A DNA stretch of 64,000 bases from Selaginella moellendorffii (taxonomy: Eukaryota > Plantae > Lycopodiophyta), in assembly GCF_000143415.4 (NCBI RefSeq), contig NW_003314306.1, positions 1,307,129 to 1,371,128 of the forward strand, written 5' to 3'. Within the stretch, counting starts at the first letter, position 1. Each line of letters starts with the position of its first letter. A program made the position numbers and the translations under genes. Shown piece after piece: positions 26,061-39,149 of the stretch. The notes below the pieces were generated by a model. That model saw only the letters and a program-made list of their open reading frames with translations, was not told the DNA's origin and did not search any database.

Positions 26061-26540
26061 GATGTTAATTATTTCAACGTGGATGGTTGTCAAATCTTCC
26101 TCACATAGTTGTATTGCCATGAGCATTGATGCAGATTTGGAAGAGTATTTGTTTGCTTTCATGTTGATGATGCAGCATTGTGAAGGTACCATGAGTGAAA
26201 AACCACGGCAAAAGAAGATTTTTCCCATGAAGTTAGTGGGTATTTGGTCTAGTGCAAGACCGGTCTGCTAAAACAGGAGCTTTTTGCGGTTCCAAGCGTC
26301 TTGTTGTTGGCTGTGACCCTCCATACCAGGCAAACACCGAGTTCTAAGCAGGAATCTCTCTGCGTCTTCCAGCTCTCGCTATATATTAGTAGCGCATTTC
26401 TCACGGTGGAGCGCGAGTCAGCTCCCACCTCAAATGTACAACCACACTCGAACAAGCTGCTTACGGGCAGAGCCCTCGACCGTTGGACACGCACCCCGAT
26501 CAACCTGGCCGCAGTGCCTTACGACTGCCGCCCACACCAA

Positions 26541-27240
26541 ATGAATGCTAACGCGAGAAAGCGAAAAATTATTGCTCCGTTCTTTACGCAAGGGTTCAAT
26601 CTTTCTCCAGTGTCGACTCCTTTAGGCCCTCTTTTGACAATGCAGGCAGGTCTTGGTGATGAAGATGACATTCTGGAGACAGTTCTCAGTTTTGTGGACT
26701 TGGCCACACTTTGTGGGTGCTCTGTTGTTCAGAAGTCATGGAAGTCCATCATCAGCAATCCAACATTTCGCCTCCGCTGGTGTCAAAACAGTGGTGAGAA
26801 GGAAACCTTGTGGGTTTTGACTAGCTCTGTCTGCGAAACCCACCACTTTTTCGCCTTGAGTCCATCACCATTACCTGCAGATGCAACAACTTCAATAACC
26901 GATGGAGGCAATGAAAACTCGGGGCTTGGTATGCAGCCTACCCCCAGCGGAAACACATCCTCAGAGCGATCCAAGCCTTGCATGGGCTCCATTGGTGAAA
27001 TCCAGTGACCTCAGAGTGGAGCCAACTACTACCTTTCCATTGGGGAGACATGCAAGCAAGTAGGAGTTTGTCCCTGTGCTCCCAAATACTTGATACAGGG
27101 AGGTTGAAACTTCACTCTATGGTGCTAAGCATTAAGGTGCCAAACAATATCACATGGGAGGAAGTTTTCACCTCATTGCTTCGCATGCATCAAAGCAATG
27201 TGACATTAATGAATCTGAATACTAACAGCTGCAATATGTA
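26541..27240 (+). pseudogene. F-box protein, truncated or frameshifted
   Basis: DDILETVLSFVDLATLCGCSVVQKSWKSII is an F-box motif; the ORF stops at 27008. Confidence 0.6.
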
Positions 27241-28282
27241 AATCCTCATCCAGCTGATCTGTGCAATTGGTGTGAAGATCCTATGGTGTCCCAACAATTG
27301 TAGTGGGATCCACTTCCTAAAAGGAGACATGGTAGGAAGGTAAACAAAGTTGCATGGGGAGAATTGCTTTTAAACTATACACCAATTGGAATGGAGGGAG
27401 CTTTTTTGTTGTCCGGGTTCTTGAAGGTGATCTATTATGTTAAATTAGTGATGGTACCTTAGTTCTTTGAAAGTTTGCTCATTGAAGTTTTGAAAAAGTT
27501 GTAACATTCATTCAATATAACTTTTTAGTGCATCCATTAGCACTTAGAATAAATTGTTAGATAAATAAGAATCAATCTTTACTACAGTCCAGCAAGCAGC
27601 AAGAATTTAAATATGACTTCTATGCTACTAGTATTGAAAGTTTTTCTTTGCTAATCCTCACAATGCTTGTCCTATTACAAGAAGAACAACAAACTAATAG
27701 GGGAAAAAATCCAAGGATGAAGAAATGTCATGCAGAATCAGAAAACATTCTTCTGCCATTGCCACATGTTGACCTGATGTTTTTGTTATTGTACATACTT
27801 GCTACATTAGAAGCTTCAGAATCCTTAAATGGCGCTTGCAGTGATTCCCATTACTTGAGATCCAGATGCCAAGCAAAACACAAGAAGAAAATAATTTCCA
27901 GCCACTTAGAAGTATATACTTCACTGCTTTGGCAATTGCAGAAGTAGTACAATTCACAACTTATGCCAGTGCCGGAGGCTGCGAGCAATGCAAAATGCTG
28001 AAACAGCACAGCAACAATAGTCTACTTCGAGCAGTACAGAGTCAAAAGATTTATTGTGACCTTTTACCAAAATGTAACTCCTCTTTTTTTCTTCTTACTC
28101 TTTTGGTTGGGCTTAAACTTTACATGGCTTTTCATGTTTCATGTGGACTCAGAGGAAAGCTGATACTAGATGGGACGAAAATTTTAATGATGAAACGAGT
28201 AAATTGAAATTACTATATTTTGACAGACCCCATAAGATTGGGTGGTGGGAAAAAGGTGTGTGAGGGTAAGTTCTAGGGTTTA

Positions 28283-31050
28283 ATGGAGAGCGTCTGCGAT
28301 GACGGCGAGGAGCGCTTGCGGGATCTTTGCGGACCTGACTATGAGCGCCTTCAGCGGCAAGGCTATTCGGCCTCCAGGTTGTGGACGGCCGATTTTCGTG
28401 AGATTTTGCCCTTGTTTCCAGGAAATCTTGATCTCGCATGCCAAATATATGTGCAGTTCAACTGTAAGTTCTTTCGCTGTTTCTTTAGGCTACTGTTCTT
28501 TTTGCATTTACTGTGCAGTAGAGGCTCGCGGCACCAAGATCATGGACCTAGTGGCAAACAAAGAAACACGAGACCCCAAGCTGCTACAGTGGATAAAGGA
28601 GAGGTTGGAGTATGTTTCGTGCAGGTGGCTGCGTCACTGTGAAAACCTCCTCATGCAGAAGCCGATAGGTGAAAGTTCTGTGTTTTTGTCTGGTGCTCGA
28701 GTATTCTTTTGCTTGTGCCTGTGCAGAGAACACTAGGCCTGATCGTGATCGTTTGTGGCACGAGATTAATACGAAAGTGGCGATGAAATCGTTACCGAGG
28801 GAGTACGTTGGGGAGGCCCATAAGATATTGTACAAGGAGCTGTGTAAGTTGAGGAACGAATGCTCAAAGAGTAAGTCTTGAATTCTTCTGTTATTGTGGC
28901 TTATAGCACTGGCTATTGTGTAGACCAGCACTACAGCTGCTATACCTCCATAGTACAGGGTTCTGGCACGGGGAAAACACGCGGAGTGATGCAGATGTCG
29001 CGCCTAGGAGTGTATATTTGCTATTGCAGCACGGCAGCAGCAAACAGTACCGCCTGTCCTCCTCGAACGGGGGAGCTTGCCAACCAGCTCAGCCGAACGA
29101 ACAGTGAGTTGGAGATGGCGCTATACTTCAAAGCATGGCTTTTTGTCCTCCATGAGACGGTGAAGGGTGAGAAGATGAGCTCAGTGCAGTGGATGGATTC
29201 ACAGATGGATTCGTCCAGTATTGCGGAGGCCGTGCACAAGAAATGGCTTGAATTGATCAACAGCAGAGCTGTAGAGGAAATTAGTGAGTCACCGGATGAC
29301 AGGAACGAGAATCTACTCCAACGAGAGTTTGAAAACTTGAAGGATGTACTGCCGGAAGAGGGGGAGGTGCAGGTGCTTTTTGTTTTTGATGAAGGTCGTG
29401 GTCTCTTACCGAATGGGGAAAGCACCTTCGGTATGGCACAATCGCCGTTTTACCAGATGAGGCGAGTGGCGAGAGCTTTCTTCACACACAAGAAATACTT
29501 TGCAGTTGTCATTGATACGATGGGGAGTATCAGTAATCTGCAGCACGAGGACCAGTCGAGGAAAGCTAATATCCTGGGACGGCACGAGGACCAGTCGAGG
29601 AAAGCTAATATCCTGGGTTTGCGGCTTTTAAGGCCTATTCATCAGGTGGTGAATATGGACCTTGTTCCTCGGACTACGGATTTGTCTCCAGCTCAGTTGT
29701 TCAGGTATGGAAGGCCCCTATGGAGTAGCCGCCTTGACAGCAATCCAAATGTGTGGAGCCTCCTCGATCTTGCGGAAGCCAAGCTGGTTGGGGTGCTGCA
29801 CGGGGACTTTCAGGGGCAAGCTGTGGACGTTTGTGGTTCTACCGGAAGGGTACAGATGGCTGAGAGCCAGGCGTTGGCCTTGCTTTCAGCATCAGCGGGC
29901 CTGGAGATATGCCCGCGGAGTGCGCAAAGCCAGCTTCTTGTCGCTTCTCACATGAGTATCCTTACGTTCATCTCCCTCGATCGTACGAGAGTGCATATCA
30001 GTCAGCCCGTGGAGCCCGTTGTGAGTGAAGCGGCCGCTAGGATTCTCAACCGCAAGAGTGGCGAGCCTCTAGAAGTTGCTCTAGGGCTGTTCCTGAACGG
30101 CTGCTACAATGGCTATGTGGATGCTGGACATCGGGGGGAATTCATAGTGAAGCTCATCTTGCTGCAAGCTTGTTGGAGCTTGTACAAGGGTGACTACTAC
30201 CTACGCCGCATTCCTCTCCGGGATTATATCGGACGATTGCTGGGCTGGGGGGAGGCACAGGTTGACGAGGCATGCAGCGGCCTGGATGAATCCGCTGCCG
30301 TCTTTTTTAACAGTTTTATGCTGGTTAAGCAGGGGCAGTTGACACCCGAGATATTGGCAGCTGCGTTCATGAGAGGCTGTGCAATCATGTACAAAGCCAA
30401 CAATAACGTCCGAGGTTATGACATTGTTATTCCGGTCTGGACTTCCTTGGGGATGACTGCGCTGCTCGTTTCGGTTGAGAACAGTAAAAAGTGTGGGTGG
30501 CTCAACAAAGCTTCTACGACTGCGTTGAGGCCGAGGCTCATGCAAGTCTCAGGAATCGAAATCAAAGTGGTGACGGTCCTCATCAATGTCCAAGAACCAA
30601 AACATAAAGAGCCAGTGCCAACAAAGTTATGGAAGAAGGATGAGATGCATAAGTCTTACTTGCAGGGTGACGAAGCTTATGGCAAGAAAACGGAGCCTGT
30701 TGCGCACATAACAGTTTATGGTCTCGAACGCAACTTTCGTTTCCTTGGTGCTGAGACGAAGAGACTTCTAGCTGAAGTTTCAATTGCGGTGCCGGATACG
30801 GAGGTGGAGGCTGGAAAGCAATCAGAGGAAGCGAAATCATGGCTCCATTTGCTGCTTCCTGACACGTATAAGCTTCCAATTCCAAACGTCTCTGACATTA
30901 AGGAGCTTGGTAAGATACATTCGTGATTCCCATGATATCATGATGCGACATTTCTTCAAGTTTACAGGTGATCCGCGACAGAAGCGCCCAATAGATGCCA
31001 CAGAAAAGTTTGCGGACGATTTCCAACAGAAACGCCCAAAGGTTGCCTGA
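28283..31050 (+). CDS. P-loop NTPase + C-terminal PD-(D/E)xK-like nuclease-fold protein (Crinkler/CR-type); exons 28283-28463, 28519-28668, 28727-28870, 28924-30909, 30968-31050
   Basis: YTSIVQGSGTGKTR (Walker A), VLFVFDEG (Walker B), LFRYGRPLW, EPVVSEAA, GHRGE, GYDIVIPV..LLVSVEN. Intron phases are all compatible; the C-terminus resembles a bipartite NLS. Confidence 0.75.
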
Positions 31051-34000
31051 GAAAAGCAAGATCGTGGCCAGGTCGTTTAGATGATTCCTTTAAGGGTGCA
31101 GGATAGTATTTAAGCTTCCACTTTGAATTTGTGAAATTTTACTAGTGTTTCAGGCTTGCTTCTCTTGAGGGTTACGTTGTAATGGTTTTGGATTATTTTG
31201 AATATTAAAAACTTTTATTTTATTTTAGAAAATCAATTTAGCTTTTTGGCTATGTAAATCACAGATGATGAGAAACAACACTCAACCAAGATCCCTAACA
31301 CCACGATGTACACATAAATTTGAAATAGAAAGAAAGCAAAATGCATCCTAGAGCTCACCTTGAGAAAAACAAAATGTCAATGAAGGAGAAAGGGATGGAG
31401 CTTGTAACTGTTATGATGCAAGGCTTGCAAAGATGCAAAGCAATCATGGCCACAATAACCCTTGCAGAGGTGAAGGCTATGGCCATGGTTGTGAGGCCTT
31501 ACTATGAATTGTGAGATTTGTATCTAGGGTTTGACTAACTCCTGCAGTTAAAATATTTTAAAAAGCCTTTTAGATCCATATTTATTACTATTTATTTTCT
31601 TGAGTTCCTTTACAAATGAAAAAAATTATAATATAAAATAGTTAATTACTCTATATCTTACATAAAAATTCTATAATTTTCAATGATTAGTTATTGTGTG
31701 TATTTTATTATTTCAGTCCATAGACTTTTATAGTGTATATGATCATAGAATTAGATTTAGAAATATACTACTATACATCCTTGGAACCTTATGGAATATA
31801 TATGAATAAAATATCCATTAAAGGCCCCCTCATTAAGAAACTGATTTTTTTCTAATTAGTTTAAGGGAGGGAGATAAAGTGTATTATATGTAGTATAAGA
31901 GGAAATAGTACAATTTCAATTCCCATTGATTAGTGGCTACTTAAAATATAATATATGTTTGAATAAGATATATATCATAGGACTGTAGTACAAATGGATA
32001 ACTAATTGCCTCAAATGGTCTACACAATGGAAAGATTGGTATATTTAGTGTAGAAATATCTTGAGGTTTATTTCATGAACCAATTGCTAAAGATTAAGCA
32101 TGAGACTTTATCTTTAAATATGTATATCTACTTGTAAGTTCTATGATCTTTACTTTTGTATTATAAGCATATTGTAAGCAACAAAAAAGAACAATCAATA
32201 AGGGTTCATATATAAAATGAAATGGTTTATGAATAAAAGTGTACCCCTTTTCTCAATTGGTTAAGAGTTTTAAAATATTTAATTTTTGAGTTTAAGTAGT
32301 ATTAGGTTGGGTGACCTCACAGGAATTCTAAATTTAAGAGTTTATATTTAGTATTAGATTCGTCTAAGATCCAACTCTATTAGTTAGTTAAAGGAATCAT
32401 ATTATATATTAAGATTGATATCTAGCAAGTCTAGTTTGCTTTCAATTGGGTTCGACCGAAATGATAGGGTGTCAAGAAAGTGGGGCTTTCGGGAAAGTTA
32501 TAGCTTTTAGTCACGGGGGGATGAACTTATATGGAAGCATGATAAATTGTAAGCAACTAAAGAGGACAATTTAAAAAATAATTTATAAAGAAATAACCCA
32601 TAAAGAAGAGCACACCCCTTTTTCTAATCAGTTAAGGGTTTTGAGATATTTGAGATTTAAGTAGCATTGAGTTGGGTAACCTGTAATGAATTGTTAAAAG
32701 TATAATGGTTCATCAAAGGTTTGAGTGCAATGGATATAAGCAGTTCAAAGAGGATTTAAGGTTGGAAGAATGGAGATAGTAATAAGGTCAAGAAGCTTTA
32801 TTTGGACCAATAGGAAAAAGATAAAGTGAAGGGTAATCTACAAAGCTAAACATTAATGTAAGGATTCCTTTTTAATAAAGAGTTTAGAGAATGCTAAAAT
32901 GAATATGGTGGAATCCATTATATATACACATCCACATCCCATAGTAAAAGTTCAAGAATTGAAGTCTTGCATTCATAACAACTTTGTAGAACTCAATGAT
33001 TCTATATACAATCAGCTTATGAAGGCCAAGGGCCATTCAAGCTAGTGATGTTAGGATTGTTTTCAATCTAGATATTACATACAAGTTTTTGATCTTAAAT
33101 GTGGTAAGAAAACTTGGTTAATTTGTGAAAAAGAGCTTGGTAATTTATGAGGTAGTTATAGTTGATAGATGTAACACTCATGTTTACAATAAATGAGCTT
33201 TGAGTGTTCCTTAACGATTTAAAGGATTCTTGGCCATCCTTTATTTTAGGTATGGGTGGTTCTAAATGTATAGTAAAGATAATGGTCAAAAGCATAGCCA
33301 ACCACTTGAGATATTAGGTTATCTCTTATTGGGTTGTGTGGCTCTTTGTTAAGTGTCAAGTTTGGGTTTAAGCCCAAACTCTATATTGTTCTAGTTAATG
33401 GGGTACTAGTATGTTGAAATTTTGCTAAACTCAGTCTAATATTATTTTGTATGCAAAAGTTGAATACAGGGAGTTAGTGATTATAGAGGATTTTGAGTGT
33501 GTACTAGACCTTTGGTTTATAGTGCAATTTGCTCAAAGTTCAACTCTAAATTCATATGTACTACAAATTGATACTACAAATGGGAAGGCTTACAAACATA
33601 TTCCCAAGTAATACTTTCTTTAACATCAGACTTTTGATAAGTTTCTCATCCTTTGCAAATATATACATATGTATTTTGTTATATGTTTTTTAGGATGGAT
33701 TCAAATGTTAAATTTTGGATTTGTCACCCTGTAATGTCTAAATATAAGATATTTATAAATGAGAAATAATTTGATATTGGTATTATATTATATTTTAATA
33801 TATTTATAATTAAAATTTTATTTATAAATTAAACCTAAAATAACATAAGACATTTCTCATAATTACACTCCAAAATATTTTATAGTAATAATGAGTAGGA
33901 AATTCTACTTAAATAATTAGTAGAAATTGTCAGGAATCCCCCAATTCTTGCCACATTCCTGACTCTCACCGGATTCCTGACCTGCAAACCACATTCCTGA

Positions 34001-34386
34001 CTCTCGAGACACTTCCCGATTCCTGAGTCTCGAGACACTTCCCGATTCCTGAGTCTCGAGCCACATTCCTGATGATGATGTGGCGCCTCCTCGACCTCAG
34101 CTGTATTTAGGCCGTCCTCGATCCAAGAGTGGTGGAGCTTCATCAACCTATAGTATATATAGGTTAGCCTTGTTCCCTTTCTCCACAATCTGAATCAACA
34201 CCAGTCTAAGGCCTCTTCTTTGTCTTCACTAGCTTTTTCTCTTTGTCTTTAGCATTTTCCAGTCTTGATCTTGTTGGGGGTCTTGACAGTTTGATTCAGA
34301 TTGTGTTTTTTGCTTTTCTTTTAGCTCGTTTTGATTATTTGATTGCCTTTGTCTTTTTCCCCCTTTTCTTTTCTTTCTTCTTGCCA

Positions 34387-35358
34387 ATGGAGTCTCCAAG
34401 CCATCCTGATTTCTTTGCCGAAGTCCTTGCAAAAATCCAGTCTGAGAATACCAAGCTGAAGGCGACCCTTCTTCGCATGCAGCAGGAGCTTGCTTCACTT
34501 TCGGCTCAAGGATCCAGCAAAGTTCCTGAACCGAAGGTGAGTTTCCCGGCGAAATTTTCAGGCAAGCGTTCGGAGCTTCGTGGATTTTTGAACCAAATGG
34601 AGCTGATCTTTGCACTTCAACATCGGTGGTACCCCACTCTCGAGTCTCAAATCGGCGCGATTGGGACGTTGCTCGAGGGTGCAGCTTTGTCATGGTTTTC
34701 TCCTCTTCTGGAGAAGAGCATGAAAGGGGTCGTGGTTCCGGAGCTGATGGATCTTCAATTGTTCAAAGAGAAGCTCGAAGCATGTTTTGGCGAGACGGAT
34801 CGGGTTCGGGCTGCTACCACAAAGATGAGACGTCTCTCTCAGGGGTCTCGTCCTGCCTCGATCTACGCTGCAGAGTTCCAACTCCTTGCCTTGGACACTC
34901 AGTGGGATGAGCGGGCCCTGATTGACCAATTTCGTTTCGGCCTCAACAACGGTGTCAAGGATTTGTTGCTCACCATGGAGGATCCCAAGGACCTGTCGGA
35001 CGCTATCAACAAAGCTGTTCGATGTGACAATCGCCTCTTTGAACGTCGTCAGGAAAGTCGCCGCGCCGCTGTTTTTCCGTCCCAGACTCAGGAATCCCAA
35101 CTTGAGTCTTCGGGGCATAGTCCTGAACCTACTGCTCTGGTCCCGATGGATATTTCTGGTACTCCCCGACTCATTAGAGGGAAGTTGAGTCCTGCTGAGA
35201 GGCAACGTCGAATATCTCATAATCTTTGCCTCTACTGTGCTGATCCTAATCACAAAGCAGCTGTGTGTCCCAGGAAGCCTCCCCGATTGCTCGAGTTCAC
35301 TCTGCCTCAAAGTCCACTTCTGTTGCAGTCGGGGAATGACCCTGTCCAAACAGAGTAG
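34387..35358 (+). CDS. gag: Gag with CCHC zinc knuckle
   Basis: [45 protein letters not shown]. Confidence 0.93.
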   Translation: MESPSHPDFFAEVLAKIQSENTKLKATLLRMQQELASLSAQGSSKVPEPKVSFPAKFSGKRSELRGFLNQMELIFALQHRWYPTLESQIGAIGTLLEGAALSWFSPLLEKSMKGVVVPELMDLQLFKEKLEACFGETDRVRAATTKMRRLSQGSRPASIYAAEFQLLALDTQWDERALIDQFRFGLNNGVKDLLLTMEDPKDLSDAINKAVRCDNRLFERRQESRRAAVFPSQTQESQLESSGHSPEPTALVPMDISGTPRLIRGKLSPAERQRRISHNLCLYCADPNHKAAVCPRKPPRLLEFTLPQSPLLLQSGNDPVQTE

Positions 35359-38300
35359 GAGCTGTCTGTTTGGACTCCCCAAATAAAAATCACTTTTCTT
35401 CCTTATCAAGCTCCTCACCACCTTTCATCAAAGCCACCACCAATTCCCGCAACTTCCGCGTCCCATGTCTCCTTTCTTTCACCAGACAATTAGGACTCAA
35501 GGCTTTGGCGCTACTGGACTCGGGTGCAACTTCCTGCTTCATGGACACGGACTTTGCTGCCCGATATCACGTTCCTCTTTCTCCTACCATACGGGATCTG
35601 AGGGTTGAAGGCATCGGCAGGCATTTTGTGTCTCCATCTTCTGGACTTAGGGAAATGTTGCCCGTTCGAGTACACATCGGGTCCACCGTCACCGATATCG
35701 CCTTCAACATCATCAACAGCAAGTCCTCCTCTGTGGTGCTCGGTCTTCCTTGGTTCCAACTACATCAGCCTCAGATTTGTTGGAAGGACTTACAGCTCAT
35801 CTCTCCCCCATCACCATCTCCCACGGCTTCCCCTGGTGTTAATCGAGTCCGAATCAGGAAAAGTTCCCTAAACTCAAGTCGGGGTTCTGTTCCTGACTCT
35901 ACGAAGTTTTCATCCTCTTCTTTTTCCTCTCTTCCATCTTACACTGGACAGTATCCTCGTCTCATCATTCCATTTAGTCGTACCCCTTCTCCTATCTCCA
36001 CAATCACTATGAAAGAACTCCTTCATGAAGAACCTCTTTTTCTTTTTGCTTTGCATGTTTCTCCTGTCAGTCTTCCTGAGAAGTATCATGATTTTGGGGA
36101 TGTGTTTGACAAGAAAAAAGCTAGTGTACTGCCTGTTCATCGGCCTTATGATTGTCCCATTGATTTACAGGAAGGAGAGTCACCTCCGTGGGGGCCTATC
36201 TACGGGTTATCCCCGTCCGAGCTTAAGGCCCTCAAAGAGTACGTGGATGAGAACCTTGCCTCGGGCTACATTCAGCATTCGCAGTCCCCGGCTGGAGCGC
36301 CTGTCTTCTTTGTCAAGAAGAAGGATGGGAGCTTGCGGCTAGTCATCGACTACCGAGGTTTGAACAAGGTGACTGTTCGGAACCGTTATCCGCTGCCCCT
36401 GATCTCGGACCTGTTGGAACGCCTCGGCGGTGCCCGCTTCTTCACCAAGATCGACCTCCGTGGAGCATACAACCTGATCTGGATCAGGCCTGGTGATGAA
36501 TGGAAGACTGTGTTCCGAACCCGCTATGGCCACTTCGAGTACACTGTCATGCCATTTGGCTTGACAAATGCTCCAGCGGTTTTCCAACACATGGCGAACG
36601 ACGTTTTTCGGGAGTTTCTTGATCAGATGGTGATCGTCTACCTCGATGACATCCTCATCTACTCAAAAACTCAGGAGGAGCATGACGAACATGTTCGCAA
36701 GGTGCTAGCGAAGCTGCGAGAACACGGTCTATACGCGAAGCTTGAGAAATGTTCCTTTGATCAGTAGTCTGTGGAGTTCCTTAGGTACATTGTCACTCCT
36801 GAGGGTATCACGATGGATCCTGCTAAAGTCAAGACTATTCTCGAATGGGAGCCTCCACAATCAATGTCGGACGTTCAGGTTTTCCTTGGCTTCGCCAACT
36901 TCTACCGCAAATTCATTGATCACTACTCTGACATTGTCCTTCCTCTCACACATCTCACTCACAAGGATGTTCCCTTCTCTTGGTCTGCTGCTACCCAGCA
37001 GGCCTTCGACACACTCAAGGCGGCCTTCAGTTCTGCTCCTGTCTTGATCCATGCTGATTCCTCACAACCTTTCTTCATCGAGGCTGACGCCTTCGACTTT
37101 GCCATTGGTGTTGTGCTGTCTCAACTCGGAGCGGATCACGAACTTCATCCGGTCGCTTTCCATTCTCGGAAATTTCAGCCTGCGGAGATCAATTACGAAA
37201 TCCACGACAAGGAGCTCCTTGCCATCGTGGATTCCTTTGGAGAGTGGCGCCGTTTCTTGGAGGGGGCGAGCCATCAAACAACAGTCTGGACGGATCACAA
37301 AAATCTCGAGTACTTTGCCACTTCCCAAGTTTTAAGTCGTCGTCAAGCAAGGTGGGCACAATTCCTGAGTCGGTTTGACTTTGTTATCAAGTACAGACCT
37401 GGAAAGTTTCAAGGCCTTCCTGATGCTCTTTCAAGGCGCTCCTATCTCAGTCTTAGGCCTGGTAATCTTGCCTTCGATCAACAGGATCAAGTTATCCTCG
37501 GTCCTGATCGGCTTCAAGTTATGGCAATTTCCCTGGCCCCTCAGGACTCCTCCTTGATGGATGCAATCAGAAACGATCTTCAATCCGATGATCTCGCTAG
37601 CGACATTTTCCCCCATCTTCAGGCTGGACACCCAGTGACTCCCGACTGCCGGCGATTTGACGAGTTCGAGTTCTTAGATGGCTTATTGTACCGTGGGGAG
37701 CAGCTTTACGTTCCTGAAGGTGATACTCGAAGGTTGGTCCTGATGGCGTGCCACGATAGCCTGACTGCTGGTCACTTCGGCTTTGCGAAAACCTATGAGC
37801 TAGTTGCACGGGACTTTTGGTGGCCTCACATGGACGACTACATCAAAGCTTTTGTTACCTCCTGTGACACTTGTGCCCGGAATAAGGTACCTCGCCACCT
37901 TCCTTCAGGTTTGCTTCGTTCCCTTCCGGTCCCTTCAGGTCCTTGGGAATCCATCTCCATGGATTTCTTGAGTGATCTTCCGAGTTCTGGAGGCTTCAAC
38001 AGCATTTTAGTCGTGGTGGATCGCTTCACAAAGATGGCGCACTTCTTGCCATGTACCAAGGAGTTTTCGGGCGAGGACATGGCAAAACTAGTATTCAGGG
38101 AAATTTTCCGACTTCATGGGATTCCTACAGATGTGGTTTTGGATCGGGGGCCTCAGTTCATCTCTCATTTCTGGCAACGGTTTTTGCAGCTGCTTGGAGT
38201 GAAGGCCAACCTCTCTTTGGCATATCATCCTCAAACTGATGGGCAGTCCGAGCGAACGATTCAGACATTGGAACAATTCTTGAGGTGCTTCATCAACTAT

Positions 38301-39149
38301 CATCAGGATAACTGGTTCGATATCCTTCCCCTTGCTGAGTTTTCCTATAACAACTCTGTTCACTCCTCTCTTCGAGTTTCCCCCTTCTTTGCGAACTCTG
38401 GCCGAAATCCCCGATTCAATCTCTCACTTCCTTCTCCATCTGAATCCTCTCGTTCAAATCCCCGCTCTAAGGCATTTATCTCCAACCTCCGGGAAATCCA
38501 CAACTCCATCTCCTTCTACCTCCATCGTGCTCAGGAATCTCATAAAACGTTTGCCAATGTCCATCGTCAGGATTGTCCCCCTTACAATATCGGGGATAAA
38601 GTCTGGCTCCTCAGGCGAAATATCTCCACTACCAGGCCCTGTCCAAAACTCGATTTCAAACGCCTTGGTCCTTTCCCTATCACTGCCATCATTAATCCTG
38701 TCACTTATCGCCTTGCACTTCCCTCCTCATATCAAATTCACCCCATTTTTCACTCCTCTCTCCTTGAGCCTTATATTCCTAGTCCTATTCCAAATCGGGT
38801 CATTCCTCCGCCTCCACCAGTGCAGCTTGAGGATGGGTCTGAGTACGAGGTTCAGGACATCCTTGATTCCAAGATTTCACGGTCTAAACTCTACTATCTG
38901 GTGGACTGGAAGGGTTACGGACCTGAGGAACGCACTTGGGAACCTGCGGACAACCTGATTCATTCTCCTGACCTTGTTCAGGACTTCCACCGCCGCTATC
39001 CTTCTCGTCCCAGTCCTCCTTTTTTTCTCTCTCTCCCATCCCTCGCCGCTCATCTCATCCTCCTCTTCATTCTTGTTCACATCCTCGTTCCACTCGTTCT
39101 TGAGGAGGGGGTGCTGTCAGGAATCCCCCAATTCTTGCCACATTCCTGA
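35334..39149 (+). pseudogene. pol: Pol (PR-RT-RH-IN-chromodomain), -1 frame to gag, one in-frame TAG at 36765-36767
   Basis: LLDSGAT, YLDDILI, DAFDFAIG, HDSLTAGHFG..CDTC, SMDF, QTDGQSER, GPF, YEVQDILDS..YLVDWKGYGPEERTWEP. Confidence 0.93.

Noticed and set aside
36765-36767. Programmed stop readthrough in pol
   Set aside because: The TAG lies inside the RT domain rather than at a gag-pol junction; a nonsense mutation is simpler.
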